Counted from the stretch's first letter, positions 12,165 to 26,321 are shown. The stretch is DNA of 64,000 nt from Eledone cirrhosa (GCA_964016885.1 OZ024755.1:33418001-33482000), one strand, 5' to 3'. Notes: a model not told the origin generated them from the sequence alone. A program made the numbers and translations.

Positions 12165-12735
12165 ATAAAAACAAATAGTAGAAGGGAAAAAGATTTTTTC
12201 AGTAGAAAATGTTGACGAGATTCTTTCAGTGAAATATCAAAACATTAATTTATTTACAATACCGGTTTCAGTATAATATGCATTGTCAATTGTGGATATG
12301 CAGAATATTGTTAAGTTGCATATTTGTACAAATAGCGATAATAATAATAATAAAAAGGGGAAGAACAATTAATTTTCACATACATGTTCATTCAGAGAAA
12401 AGAGTTCATTTCTCTGTTAATAGGTTGTAGAAATAAACATGTATGTGAAAATTAATTTTTCTTCCCCTTTTTATTATTATTATTATCATGGAGGATTGGC
12501 AGTATTGGTAGAGAGTTGGACGCCATGCTTTGATGCATAGAGTTACGGTCCTTGCCATTCTGAGTTCAAATCCCGCCAAGGTTAACTTTGCCTTTCATCC
12601 TTACGCGGTCAATAAAATAAAATACCAGTAATGCACTGGGTAATTGCTGGCCTTGTGCAAAAGTAGAAACAATTATTATCACTATTTGTACAAATATGCA
12701 ACTTAACAATATTCCTTTCTACTATTTGTTTATAT
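12165..12735. mobile_element. Palindromic Penelope-like remnant with a family B SINE (12489-12680) inserted in one arm
   Basis: Arm 12303-12388 is the reverse complement of 12436-12488 plus 12680-12714. Variant HHR at 12256-12293 (-). Confidence 0.6.
12256..12293 (-). ncRNA. Variant hammerhead motif with U3-A8 core
   Basis: ACAA-TTGACAA-tgcatattatact-GAAA-CCGG-TA-TTGT; stem II is weak. Confidence 0.5.
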
Positions 12736-13056
12736 CATCATCATCATCATCATTTCATTTTACGTCCGCTTTTTCCCTGCTTGCAAGGGTGGGACGGTAA
12801 CTGATTTTGGCTTGATTTCTACAGCTGGATGCCCTTCCTAACACAAACCACATTTACAGTGAGTGCTGGGTGCTTTTTTGCAGTGGAATAAGGACCCCAG
12901 TCCCTATCAACTCATTTCTACAGCTGAGTAAACTGGAGCAATGTGTGAAATAAAGTGTCTTGCTCAAGGAAACAACACATCACCCGGTCTGAGAATTGAA
13001 CTCACAACCTTTCGATTGCAAGGCCAATGCTCTAACCACTAAGCGATGTGCCTCCA
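12735..13056 (-). mobile_element. SINE family A
   Basis: Matches 1713-2051. Confidence 0.9.
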
Positions 13057-14159
13057 TATATATATATGTATAGTGGAAAATGAGGACAATCCTTGGTATG
13101 TATTGAAGCTCAGTACTTCAAGATATAATCTATACTGATATACCATTGTTTATGAGATAATTTGTATAAATATACAGTAGATATCAAAATACTGTTTCTT
13201 GATATCTAATGATATAATGAGTACTGACATGTAATGATGTAATTACTAGATGTGTATATATTCTAACCCTTATATTTACGAGGATTACAAAGATGTTTCA
13301 TTATATTCCTTTTAAAAACAAATACCAAAAAAATAATAATACAGATAGAAAAATATTCTTAAGCTTGACATCAGAGATAAAGAGCAAATTATCACAGAAT
13401 AGACCACATTTAAATTTGGTTTCGGTAACCTTTTGTTCTATTGCAAAGAAATTTATGGAATTTGGTTCAAGAAAATGAAATATTTTTTCATATTTTATCA
13501 TAAAAACCTTAAAGTATTTTAAATTGTATTTTCTTTCTTAAATATTTTCCTGTCACGATGGATACTTTGCATTTAGTTGCATAGCTATATATATGTTTTT
13601 TTTATTTTCATTTTAAAAATTTTGTTATTGTTTATGGAAGATTATTATCCTTATTATGATTATTTTTAACATCTTTATCATAATAATTTCCTGCATTATC
13701 ATCATCATAAACATCATTGCTATTTTGATATTTCAGAATTTCTTTTTTTATTTTACTGATATTCTTATCTTCCAGTAGGGGTGAAGAGAAAGGGTGTATG
13801 TTTATGTATGTATATGTATGCGTGTGGGAGTGAGTGTGTGTGTGTAGAGGGAGGGGATGTGTGTGTGTGGGGGGAGGGGAAATAGATAAGAGTTTAAGTA
13901 TCTTCTACATGTACATCTTCATCACTTATCGACACTTTGATCTGTAGATAAAGAATCATATTTTAAAAACTGTTATCTTTCCAGTTTCATAAACGACTTC
14001 CCAGTTTAAACAAAATCAATTTAAATGAACAAAAAGAAAACAAACAACCAAACAAACAAACAAGAATAACAAAAACAAAACAGCAGCCCCCCCCCCCCAC
14101 AGCAAAAAAATTATACATATACTTATCATTAGCACCCCTTTCCACAAACAACCATCTAT

Positions 14160-14160
14160 C

Positions 14161-14226
<66 letters not shown>

Positions 14227-14447
14227 ATTATATATATACACACACACATACATACATATATATATATATGTGTGTGCATATATGTATATGCATATCCATA
14301 TATAAATGCGTGTATATATATACACACACACATACATACCATACATACGCACACACAATACATACATATATACATATACACACACATACATACCATACAT
14401 ACATACATACATATATACACACACACACATATATATACACACGCACA

Positions 14448-14526
<79 letters not shown>

Positions 14527-15286
14527 CATCTATACACAGAGATATATTGTATTATATTGTTTTCCAATGTTGTTTTTCCTTGTTGACCTTTCTTAAATAT
14601 ATACATGCATAAATATTTGTATACACACATGTACACACACACATCCATATATATATATGTATATATATGTGTGTGTGTATATATATCTATATATATATAT
14701 ATATATATACACACACATATAAAAATGTAAATATATATATGTATATATATATACACATATAAAAATGTAAATATATATATATATATACACATACACATAG
14801 ATAAAAATGTAAATATATATATATATGGATGTATATATATATGAATGTATATATTTGTGTACATGTACATACTTGCCTTATTCCTCAAGATATACATTTA
14901 TAACATAAGCATGTTTCAGTATTTTATACAATTGGGAAAATGTTCATAATTGTTGAAGGCAGAAGATTTTTTTTCTCTTTTCACTTTATTCACAATATGT
15001 TTGTATGTATGTAATTGGATCTGTATATGTATATATATATGTATATACATAATATATATTTCTATATATGTATATATATATATATATATGTATATACATA
15101 ATATATATTTCTATATATGTATATATATATATATATGTATATACATATATATATACATAATATATATTTCTATATATGTATATATATATATATATGTATA
15201 TACATATATATATACATAATATATATTTCTATATATGTATATATATATATATATGTATATACATATATATATATATGTGTATATAC

Positions 15287-15319
<33 letters not shown>

Positions 15320-15370
15320 TATATATAAATGTATATATATATATATACATATATGTATATATATACATAA

Positions 15371-15427
<57 letters not shown>

Positions 15428-15480
15428 AATGTATATATATATATATATATATATATGCATGTATGTATATTTATATATAT
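14160..15480. repeat. Compound (TA)n/(CA)n/(TACA)n microsatellite block
   Basis: Read directly from sequence; source of the YIYI-type ORFs. Confidence 0.95.
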
Positions 15481-15824
15481 CATCATCATCATCATTTAAT
15501 TTTACGTCCGCTTTTTCCCTGCTTGCAAGGGTGGGACGGGAACTGATTCTGGCTTGATTTCTACAGCTGGATGCCCTTCCTAACACCAACCTCATTTACA
15601 GTGAGTGCTGGGTGCTTTTTTGCCGTGGCACCTCCACGACCACTTTGCAGTGGAATGATAGGGACCCCAGTCCCTATCATCTCAATTCTACAGCTGAGTA
15701 AACTGGAACAATGTGAAATAAAGTGTCTTGCTCAAGGAAACAACACATCACCCGGTCTGAGAATTGAACTCACAACCTTTCGATTGCAAGGCCAATGCTC
15801 TAACCACTAAGCCACGTGCCTCCA
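15481..15824 (-). mobile_element. SINE family A
   Basis: Matches 1713-2051. Confidence 0.9.
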
Positions 15825-15885
15825 TATATATATATATATATATGCATGTATGTATACACATAGTATATATTTATTTATTTATTTA

Positions 15886-15933
<48 letters not shown>

Positions 15934-15954
15934 TGTATGTATACACATAGTATA

Positions 15955-15986
<32 letters not shown>

Positions 15987-16149
15987 CTAAGGAAAAAAGA
16001 TGAAATTCGAAAATGCAACTGGAGTCTTTTTAAGGATATTTATTTGTTTCCTTTACCGGTTTCACAATTCTTGTGCTTTCCAAAAGTAGAGTTGAAATGG
16101 AGGGTTTGTAGTTTTTCTCGATGTGAGAAAAACCACAAACTTTCAATCT

Positions 16150-16902
16150 CAATTCTACTTAGAGGGAAACTAACAGGAAGGGAAAACTTCATATGTAGTA
16201 GATGTTCAGGGAAATTTCATAGTAGAAGTGTCAGTGATAGGCACATCTTTCAAATGCAGCTAGGACCTATAGAGGTGGTTGATAGCTTCCGATACATAGG
16301 TGATCAGATTAGCCAGGAAGGAGGGGGCTCTAAGGCCATTGCATCTAGAATAAGGAAAGGATGGAAGAAGTTTAGGGAACTGCTACCTCTGTTGACAACG
16401 AAGGGTTTCTCCCTACGAATGAAACGTCAGCCATATGATGCCTGTGTGAGATTCATGATGCTGCATGGTAGGGAGACATGGGCAGCAACTGTGCAGGATA
16501 TCTGACGGCTGGAGAGAAATGAAGCAACCATGCTCCGTTGGATGTGTAATGTCAATATGTGTGAACGACCAAGCATAGACGAGTTGAGAGTGAAACTGTG
16601 TATAAGAGGGATAGGTTGTAGTGTGCAGGAGAGAAGACTGCATTGGTATGGACACGTGATGCACATGGAAGATGACTGCTAGGTGAAGAAGTGCCAAGAA
16701 ATCCCAGTGGAAGAAACACACAGTAGAGGAAGACCATGAAAAACATGGGCGGAGGTGATGAGAGCTGACCTCAGATTGTTGAAGCTCACAGAGGAGATGA
16801 CAAAGGACCGTGACGAATGGAGAGATGCTGAGCTGAATAGGACCCGTGCCACCCTTGCAAGCAGGGAAAGCGGACGTATCATGATGATGATGATGATGAT
16901 GA
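16150..16902 (+). mobile_element. RTE-clade LINE 3' fragment (family A), decayed
   Basis: Reads FICSRCSG...EVVDSFRYIGD...RIRKGWKKFRELLPLL...MLHGRETWA...NRTRATLASRE with several stops; (TGA)n tail. Confidence 0.9.
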
Positions 16903-17420
16903 TTGATATATATATATATATACATATTTTCATGTTATTGTATGCAAATATATGTTCAGATCAGTTTAGTTACATTTATATAGGTCTAAATATGTTATTG
17001 TTATACATATGTTGATATATATGTAATTCATAGATTGTATTCAGCCACATAAAATATTGTTTTCCATTGTTCTTATAAACGTGTGTATGTGTGCATACAT
17101 GTATATATGTATTGTGTATATGTATATATATATATATATATTTGTATCAATGTTTTTATGTAAGTTAATATGTATGTCTGTCTGTATGTCTGTCTGCATG
17201 TGTCTGAGTATGTACGTCTGTGTGTATGTTTGTATCATCATCATCACCATTTAACATCCATTTTTCCATGCTAGCATGTGTGTATGTATGCATGTTTGCG
17301 TATATATATATATATATATATACATATATACACACACATACATACATATATATATATATATATGTATACACATACATATATATACATATATATATATACA
17401 TACATATATATATATATATT

Positions 17421-17451
<31 letters not shown>

Positions 17452-17585
17452 TCATACATAAATATATCCATACATACATATATATTCATACATATATATT
17501 CATACATAAATATATCCATACCTACATATATATTCATACATATATATTCATACATAAATATATTCATGCATATATATATATTCAT

Positions 17586-17630
<45 letters not shown>

Positions 17631-18319
17631 CATATATATATATATGTGTGTGTGTTTTTTTTTGTGTGTGTGTGTGTTTGTATGTATATAATTTTATTTG
17701 CTTCCAGGTTTCAAAACAAACACATAGTCTATTAATAATGTCCTATTCTGTAGAATTTCTCCACTGTTAAATGGATGGAGTTTTAGATAAAAGGACTGTT
17801 TTCCTCTTTTCTCTTAAAACATATATGTCTACTTTAAGAAGAAAACCAAAAATTACAACAGAACAATATATTAATCTCCAAAAGCTCACAGGCATATACA
17901 CTCCATATTTTTGAAGGGAAGAATTCTTGCTTTGTAAATGCTGCTATTCTCCATCTCTCACATGAAATTATATATTACTTTCTTCTTATTTCCATTTCTA
18001 TATGTAATATGCCACAATTCTTGCTTTATTTCATCTCAAGAATTGTCAAACAACAATAAATTACATATTTGTCTCATTTTGATTATTTTTACTTTTAGAA
18101 AATTATTTTTGTTAGAATTATTTTACTTTGCAGAAGATTGAATATTGTAGTGAAAATATTACTGCTATTAGTCAGTATCTAGTTTCATTCAGATTTCAAA
18201 CAAGCTGAATTTGATTTTATTTTTTATTAAACCATATATCAATAAATTAAGCACCAGTTATTACTGTGGGTAACTTGTCTATACCTTATTCAGTGGCAAC
18301 ATTTAGATTTGTATTCATA

Positions 18320-18650
18320 TACGTCATTCTCCCACTGCCACCAACACCACCCTTTCTCTGTAAAGTTATGTTGGTACCACAACATCCAGTCCAAACTAAA
18401 GAGGTCGTGGAGGTGTCATAACAAAAATAAACACCCAGTCCACGCTGTAATGTGGCCGTGTAGGAAACATGGTAAAAAGGCTCCCAGTCCATACTGTAAA
18501 TGTGGTTGGTGTTAGGAAGGACATCCAGCCATAGAAAACCTGCCGGATACAGTTCTATACGAGCGAGCCACGGTCACCTGACCAATCTTGCCTGGAACAA
18601 CTCCCATCTAACCCATGCTTCCGTAGAGATGGACGTTAAACGATGATGAT
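18320..18650 (+). mobile_element. 3'UTR fragment of RTE family B or a related SINE tail
   Basis: GGTTGGTGTTAGGAAGG...AACCCATGC...GGACGTTAAACGATGATG, as in 55600-56020. Confidence 0.7.
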
Positions 18651-18699
18651 ACAAAATCTATTTGCAAATGTTTGAGATCATTTTGAACAAGTTTAGCTT

Positions 18700-19033
18700 G
18701 GTTTGTAGTTGTAGTGGCACTCCGACCGTTACAACGACGAGTATTCTTGTTTATATAACCAACAGAACAGCTTATGAAATTAACATGCAAGTGGCTGAGC
18801 ATTCCACAAACACGCGTACCTTAAAAATGGTTCTCAGGGAGATTCAGTGTGACACAGAATGTGACAAAGCTCACCATTCCAATTATAGGTACAACTCTCT
18901 TTTGCCAGCTGAGTGGACTGGAGCAACGTGAAATTAAGTGTCTAGCTCAAAGACACAGCTCACAGCCGGGAATCGAACTCACAACCTTATGATCATGAGC
19001 CAAATACCCCAGCCACAGAGCCATGCGCCTTCA
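18700..19033 (-). mobile_element. tRNA-derived SINE family D
   Basis: Head GAAGGCGCATGGCT...GTGAGTTCGATTCCC, core CTTTGAGCTAGACACTTAATTTCAC, distinct tail ...GTCGTTGTAACGGTCGGAGTGCCA(CTACAA). Confidence 0.75.
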
Positions 19034-19253
19034 CTTCGTTTGGTGAGAATTACATTTGGTCAAGTCATTAACATGGTCAAGCTGAACTTGTTTAACCCCA
19101 TGTTAGTCCTGATTAACTCTTTAGCATTTAAACTGACCATATCCAGCAAGAATTCTCTCACTTCTTTCTGTTCAAAATAGCCATAACTGGCTACTCATAC
19201 TGACATTAAGGTACTGTTCTCAAAATAAATAACATCAAAATGGAGGATGCTAC

Positions 19254-19321
19254 TGGGTCGTCAAGAATGAAATTTGTATAGATTTGTTTTGTTTGTACAA
19301 ATTTCATACTTGACAACCCAA
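19254..19321. mobile_element. Tiny palindromic mariner-type MITE
   Basis: TGGGTCGTCAAGAATGAAATTTGTA...TACAAATTTCATACTTGACAACCCA; a related copy is at 58500-58584. Confidence 0.65.
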
Positions 19322-19547
19322 TATATCTAGAAGGTTTATATTTATTTATATCTAATAATATTAAAAATTATTTGCTTAATGCTGCAATATCTTCTGTGGT
19401 TATGAAAACGGTAAAGGAAGAGAAAGGCAAGTACTCTAATGTCACAGAAGAATGAGAGGGGGAAGAGAGAGGGTGATGATTTCTAGGCTTAGGGCTACAC
19501 CCCGTGGATAAAACAGCAAAGGCATTCCTGCAGAAATCTAGAATGTA

Positions 19548-19724
19548 CAGGGTGGGCCAGAATTCATAACTCGCTTGTTAGTTATATTTCTTAACATGCT
19601 TATTTTATTGTTATTGTATTGTTTTAATTTATTATTTCATTTTTTAATATGCCTCACAGGTATTTTATTTATTGTTAATAGATCTATAAATAATCAAGTG
19701 AGTCATGAATCCTGGCCTACCCTG
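19548..19724. mobile_element. Tc1/mariner-type MITE
   Basis: TA|CAGGGTGGGCCAGAATTCAT...ATGAATCCTGGCCTACCCTG|TA. Confidence 0.85.
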
Positions 19725-19975
19725 TAGTGAGAGAACAACAACTTGATTTTTAATATTCAGTCAGAATATGTTTTGATCTTTGAAGGTCAAACTTAGTTTT
19801 ATTTTTTACTCATTTGGGTTTATTGAAATAATCATCCCATGAGGATGTATGTTGCATGTCAGAATTATAATATGCAGCCAGCAGAAAGAAATGTTTTACT
19901 TTGGATTTTATAAATAGTATTTCATGGAGGTTGTTAGGATTACATCACTTATAAGGTGTCTTCTGTAGTGTAGAT

Positions 19976-20314
19976 CAGGGGTTCTCGACCTTTTTTTCGC
20001 TGTGGACCACCAAAATAAGTAATATTTTCCTGTGGACCACCTAAACTTTTAAATCTTTTGTAATAGAACTGCTACTTATAAGCATCAGTAGATGTTTTTT
20101 TTTCAATGAATTAGAAAATGCTATTATCATGTCGCAGTGCCTAAAAATCTATGCAAATAAACAGCCGAAGTCGTACTTATGCGAAGACTAAGAACAGCGC
20201 TTTAAGTCAAATGCAGGGATCAAAAAAGAATTTGCAATTGAAAATTTTCTGTGGACCACCTGAATTTTCCTGTGGACCACTAATGGTCCACATGGACCAG
20301 GTTGAGAACCCCTG
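19976..20314. mobile_element. hAT-type MITE
   Basis: TIR CAGGGGTTCTC(G/A)ACC; 8-bp TSD GTGTAGAT/GTGGAGAT; subterminal GTGGACCAC repeats. Confidence 0.9.
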
Positions 20315-20440
20315 GTGGAGATGTTAGAGAGCTGAAATGGAAACTGATTATGACTATCAACAATATAACTGAAGAGAAATAGCTGAGGAGAACATATTGC
20401 ATACTAAATACAGATACAGTAGGATCGCCTATACATAATA

Positions 20441-20630
20441 TGTTTCTACTTTTGGCACAAGGCCAGCAATTATCTCAGTACAGTACTGGTACTTTATTTT
20501 ATCGACTCCGTAAGGATGAAAGGCAAAGTTGACCTTGGCGGTATTTGAACTCAGACCATAAAGGGCCGTAACTCTTGTCTGCAAAGCATGGCATCCGACC
20601 CTTTACCGATACTGCCAATCCACCACCCTT
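20441..20630 (-). mobile_element. SINE family B with target-site duplication
   Basis: Flanked by CCTATACATAATA on both sides; the paralogous empty site is at about 23575. Confidence 0.85.
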
Positions 20631-21148
20631 CTCTCCTATACATAATATAGTAAGTTGAACATTTTCAATCAGTTGAGGTCACTCAAGCAATTAGTAGGCT
20701 AAGACTCCCTCTCAGGGTATTTAAAATCTAAAAAAAAATATGCAACTATATTTGATTTATTATGCAGTACGTTCCCTTGGAGTATATTTCCTCAGTCATA
20801 AGGTTTATATATATTAGCAAGAAAGAATTCAATATAGATATAATATTCCTCTTATCTGAGGCTTTTTTTTTTTTATCAGCAATTACTATAGAAGATAATA
20901 GTTTAAATGCTGCCAAAAATTAATTTTATTGTTTGAACAGATAAAATAAACTTATAGAGCAAAGAAATATTGGACATTGAGTTTGTTTGACCATCATTTA
21001 ATGTTTAAATTCTGTTACAATAATCTGTTAGATTACAAATCTTTAAGAATTTAATTTTGTAGAATCTATACTGACTATGTTACACTAGCCATATTCCTTG
21101 AAGCTCTATTATTTTCTAATTTACTATATCTTTTGAAGAACCATTCAT

Positions 21149-21601
21149 TTAACCCTTTAACATTTAGATTACTCTGTATATACTATTATATCTTTGTGGT
21201 AAAGGCTTTACCTCACGTTATTATCTCATATAATATCGAATCTACGAAATGTTCATATTATTTATTTTGAGAATCATACCTTAACCCCTTAGCATTCACA
21301 TGACTCTATATATACTATTGTATTTTTGTGGTAAAGGCTTTATCTCACATAATATCTCACGTAATATCGTATCTATGAGATTTTGATATTATTTATTTTA
21401 AGAATAATACCTTAACATCAGTATGAGGAGCCAGTTACAGCTGATTTGAACTGAAAGAGGTGACAGAATTCTGGCCAGATATGGCCAGTTTAAATGCTAA
21501 AGGGTTAATATCAATATGAACAGGTGGTTCCAGCCAGTTTGAACAGAGAGAGGTGAGAGAATTCTGGCCAGATATGGCCAGTTTAAATGCTAAAGGGTTA
21601 A
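21149..21601 (+). mobile_element. piggyBac-type MITE cluster with duplicated ends
   Basis: TTAACCC(T/C)TTA...TAAATGCTAAAGGGTTAA; left and right ends each occur twice. Confidence 0.8.
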
Positions 21602-21879
21602 GCATGTTAGTTTTATATAATCTATGACATTGTTTTATATTTGAAAATTATCTAATTCTGCTGCAAGTGATATGGCTGACCTCCAGTGACAAATCAAGCA
21701 TCCCAAACAGTGATATTCAAAATATATCATAGCATATTGATCTGTTAGATGAGACAATATTCAATTGCAATGTCTTCAATAGAGAATGATATATATTGGT
21801 GTCTCATGTAATATTCCTTCAGCTTTGTTTGGACTACAAGGATAGTTTATAATTTCCTCCAACATGAGATAGGGCTGTT

Positions 21880-22200
21880 TAGAACAGGTATAATCAAGCA
21901 GCTATTGATATTGAAGTTTTCTTTCTCTTTTATATTTCCATCATTTATTTCCAGATATAGGAAATTGTTCTGGACAAATTCCATTCCAGTGTCATATGAC
22001 TATGTTATTATCAGGTCAAAATGTTTCTTGGCTCCATAAATGTTATTGGAATAAATTTTTAGGTCGTCAGAAAGATGCTGAAGTAATATTGATTTTCATT
22101 GGATAAAAGTCTGTACATAACTCATTGGCCCATTTTAATAGAGGTAAAATGGTTTACATCTAAAATAATCAGTGGTAGTGATAAGAAATCCCCATGGATA
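21880..22200 (-). pseudogene. Old non-LTR reverse transcriptase remnant (R4/Dong-like)
   Basis: Minus-strand translation HLSDDLKIYSNN...FDLIIT*SYDTGMEF...LEINDGNI resembles the HLLxMDDLKLY...FSxDIGMEFG motif. Confidence 0.5.
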
Positions 22201-23105
22201 TTTTTTGAGGAATCTGCTTGTGTTGGCGACTGAAGTATTTTCTGATCTCAGTAGTTGCTGAGGAATTTGTCAGTCTCATAATTTTGTGATAAGTGTTCCT
22301 GGAATTTTTATGCGATGCCTTTTGCAATTGAATAATAATGTTAGAGTCATAGTGCTAGTAAGTACAGTCTACTTAATGTACATCCTTCATGTAGATACTG
22401 CTTAATGTAGCAGCCAATATTCACTTAAGTAACTCTGGAATGTGACCCACATACAAAAAAAGGACATGTTAGAATAGGATTTAAACTCTACAACAGATGT
22501 GAGAGCCTTACAATGAGAATGCCAATAAAATAATGAATTTCACATTATTTTAAGATTTCTTAAGTGTTGTTTCATCATGGTAGTATAGTAGAATAGGATC
22601 TCATCATCACCACCATAATACATCCATTCTTCCATGCTAGCATGGGTTAGATGAGTTGTTCTGTTGTGGGCATTGTTAGGTCAGGTCACCATGTCTTGCT
22701 CATACAGAACTGATTTTGGCTTGATTTCTACAGCTGGATGCCCTTCCAAATGCCAACCTCATTTACAGTGAGTACTGGGTGCTTTTTGTCGTGATACCAC
22801 CAGTATAATATGATCTCACTCATATAATACAGTGAGTTGAAAAACTTAACTCTGATTAACTCAGACTAATTAACTTGGATTACCTAAGCAATTTAAAGAT
22901 AAAAAATTCACTCTTGTGGTGTTTAAAAGTCTTAAAACAACAAACAAAAGAAATAACTCTTCTTCTAAAATCATTTGATTGACATATTTGCACAATATAA
23001 CCAATATAGGTTGGAATGGATCTAATCTTATAAACCAACTGGTGAAAGTAACGGATATATTTTTGTCATATTGCACTAAATTGACAAAAGTAAAAGTGAT
23101 CGCTA

Positions 23106-23456
23106 CAGCTATCCCTTGGTACTCATGGGGTCACATTCCTAGAGCACCCATAAAGAGTGAAAAACCGCAAATATTAGATGTGGATCATAAAAATGCCTAT
23201 AAATTTTAAAACATAACATAAAATATAAGCTGGCAAATACAGTATATTCTTATTAATAATTTAGCACTAAAAAGTGTGAAAAAATATATAAGGGCGGCGC
23301 CCCAGGATGGCTGAAACAGGTAAAAGAGTATTGCCACGAAAAAAGCCATTAAAAAATCGTGGAAGATATTTACGATTCCGTGAATAAGTGGTGGTTTGTT
23401 AGGTTCTAAGGAAAATTTTGTGAATGACCAGTACCGCGAATGCCAGGGATAGACTG
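23106..23456. mobile_element. pogo/Tigger-like MITE
   Basis: TA|CAGCTATCCCTTGGTACTC...GCGAATGCCAGGGATAGACTG; imperfect TIRs. Confidence 0.6.
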
Positions 23457-24054
23457 AGTATATTTATATGTGTATAGAGAAGGTTGTGACACTGATTATG
23501 ACTATCAACAATATGGATGAAGAGAAATAGCTAAGAAGAATGTACTGCATACTAAGTACAGATCTAGTAGGATCTCTTATACATAATATAGTGAGTTGAA
23601 CATTTTCGATCAGTTGAGGTCACTCAAGCAATTAGTAGACAAAGACTCCCTCTCAGGGTATTTAAAATCTAAAAAAAAAATGCAAACATATTTGATTTAG
23701 TATGCAGAACATTCCCTTGGGGTATATTTTGTCGGCCATAAGGTTTTATTTATTTATTTAATTATTTGTAAGAAAGAATTCAATATAGATATAATATTCC
23801 TCTTATTTGCATGCTTTTTTTTTATTATCAGCAATTACTGTAGAAGATTAACAACAATGTAGATTCTTATTAGGATATATTTTCTATCCTTTTGTTGCTT
23901 TATGTTGATGTATTAGTTCTTTAAACACTGTGAGTTGCAGATAACCAACCACATTGATAAACTGTTTGACTAATGTCTGGAGAGTTGGCAGTTTTAGTCT
24001 GTCAACAGTTCCACAATTTGTCCTTGGTAATGTTACATAATTATGATAAAAATA

Positions 24055-25420
24055 TAATAATGAAATTATTGTGTACAGTGCTCAGGTGCATTATAACTCA
24101 TCAAAGGTGCATGTATAGTACATAGAATAATGTACAAATGTCAGGAAAATGAACATTGTACGAGTCATGAAATACGTGTGTGCGTGTGTATGGAGGGGGG
24201 AATATTAGGTGTAGTGTTGGCGAATGTCAGGAAGCATGGAGGTTTTAAAGGATGCAGTGTCTCGGCAGCTAACAACTGATGCAGGTATTTTGTTCCATGG
24301 AGGTTTTAAAGGATGCAGTGTCTCGGCAGCTAACAACTGATGCAGGTATTTTGTTCCATGGAGGTTTTAAAGGATGCAGTGTCTCGGCAGCTAACAACTG
24401 ATGCAGGTAGTTTGTTCCATGGAGGTTTTAAAGGATGCAGTGTCTCGGCAGCTAACAACTGATGCAGGTAGTTTGTTCCATGGAGGTTTTAAAGGATGCA
24501 GTGTCTCGGCAGCTAACAACTGATGCAGGTAGTTTGTTCCATGGAGGTTTTAAAGGATGCAGTGTCTCGGCAGCTAACAACTGATGCAGGTAGTTTGTTC
24601 CATGGAGGTTTTAAAGGATGCAGTGTCTCGGCAGCTAACAACTGATGCAGGTAGTTTGTTCCATGGAGGTTTTAAAGGATGCAGTGTCTCGGCAGCTAAC
24701 AACTGATGCAGGTAGTTTGTTCCATGGAGGTTTTAAAGGATGCAGTGTCTCGGCAGCTAACAACTGATGCAGGTAGTTTGTTCCATGGAGGTTTTAAAGG
24801 ATGCAGTGTCTCGGCAGCTAACAACTGATGCAGGTAGTTTGTTCCATGGAGGTTTTAAAGGATGCAGTGTCTCGGCAGCTAACAACTGATGCAGGTAGTT
24901 TGTTCCATGGAGGTTTTAAAGGATGCAGTGTCTCGGCAGCTAACAACTGATGCAGGTAGTTTGTTCCATGGAGGTTTTAAAGGATGCAGTGTCTCGGCAG
25001 CTAACAACTGATGCAGGTAGTTTGTTCCATGGAGGTTTTAAAGGATGCAGTGTCTCGGCAGCTAACAACTGATGCAGGTAGTTTGTTCCATGGAGGTTTT
25101 AAAGGATGCAGTGTCTCGGCAGCTAACAACTGATGCAGGTAGTTTGTTCCATGGAGGTTTTAAAGGATGCAGTGTCTCGGCAGCTAACAACTGATGCAGG
25201 TAGTTTGTTCCATGGAGGTTTTAAAGGATGCAGTGTCTTGGCAGCTAACAACTGATGCAGGTAGTTTGTTCCATACTTCAGCAACTCTGAGCATGAAAAA
25301 ATATTTTCGAAAGTCATGGGAGCTGTGCTGCTTTCTGACTTTGTAGGCATGTCCACATGTGTTAGACACATGGAAATCAAAAAGGTGCTCAGGGTTGTTG
25401 TTGGCAAGATGGTTATCTGA
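24055..25420 (-). mobile_element. CR1/L2-type LINE 3' end containing a 61-bp x17 tandem array (24235-25271)
   Basis: Reads SNTCGHAYKVRKQHSSHDFRKYFFMLRVAEVWNKLPASVV; an unamplified copy is at 42985-43415. Confidence 0.85.
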
Positions 25421-25474
25421 TCACTTGGCAGTAAATAAGTACTATGGATATATTCAGTAATTATCAGAATATTG

Positions 25475-25665
25475 TAATAACTGTTTCTACTTTAGGCACA
25501 AGGCCAGCAATTACCCAGTACATACTGGTACTTTATTTTATCGACCCCGTAAGGATGAAAGGCAAAGTTAACCTCGGCGGGATTTGAACTCAGATCGTAA
25601 AGGGACGTAACTATGCTAGAAAGCATGGCGTCCAACCCTCTACCGATACTGCCAATTCACCGCTC
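25475..25665 (-). mobile_element. SINE family B
   Basis: Matches the family B head and core. Confidence 0.85.
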
Positions 25666-25995
25666 TACTTTACAGGGAAAGAAATAATGAATTTAAAGAG
25701 TTATCTGTCCCTGGCACTGTTTTCCATCCATCATAAAAAGCTAAAATGTCTCATTATGTGTAAACAACATGATATGAAATGATTTGGAGCATTGAGTGAA
25801 TAAATATATATTGAAATTGTAGGAATCTGAAACGCGGAAATAGCTGTAAAACATCTAGAGATGTTTAGTTATCTTCTTTTATGGAGAGATGGCTTTGTAC
25901 AGGTAAGGGGTCTGCACTCAGAACAACAAACAGAGGTACAAAAAGTCTTAGTTTCATGCTTTATATGGAAAAGGGGATTCATTTGTAAACATTTC

Positions 25996-26321
25996 CATTT
26001 CACGTCCGCTTTTCCCTGCTTGCAAGGGTGGGACGGGAACTGATTCTGGCTTGATTTCTACAGCTGGATGCCCTTCCTAACACCAACCTCATTTACAGTG
26101 AGTGCTGGGTGCTTTTTTTGCCGTGGCACCTCCACGACCACTTTGCAATGGAATGATAGGGACCCCAGTCCCTATCATCTCATTTCTACAGCTGAGTAAA
26201 CTGGAGCAATGTGAAATAAAGTGTCTTGCTCAAGGAAACAACGCATCACCCAGTCTGAGAATTGAACTCACAACCTTTCGATTGCAAGCCCAATGCTCTA
26301 ACCACTAAGCCATGTGCCTCC
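25996..26321 (-). mobile_element. SINE family A
   Basis: Matches 1713-2051. Confidence 0.9.

Noticed and set aside
13987-17735. Long [12 protein letters not shown] ORFs here and elsewhere
   Set aside because: These are translations of (TA)n and (CA)n microsatellites.
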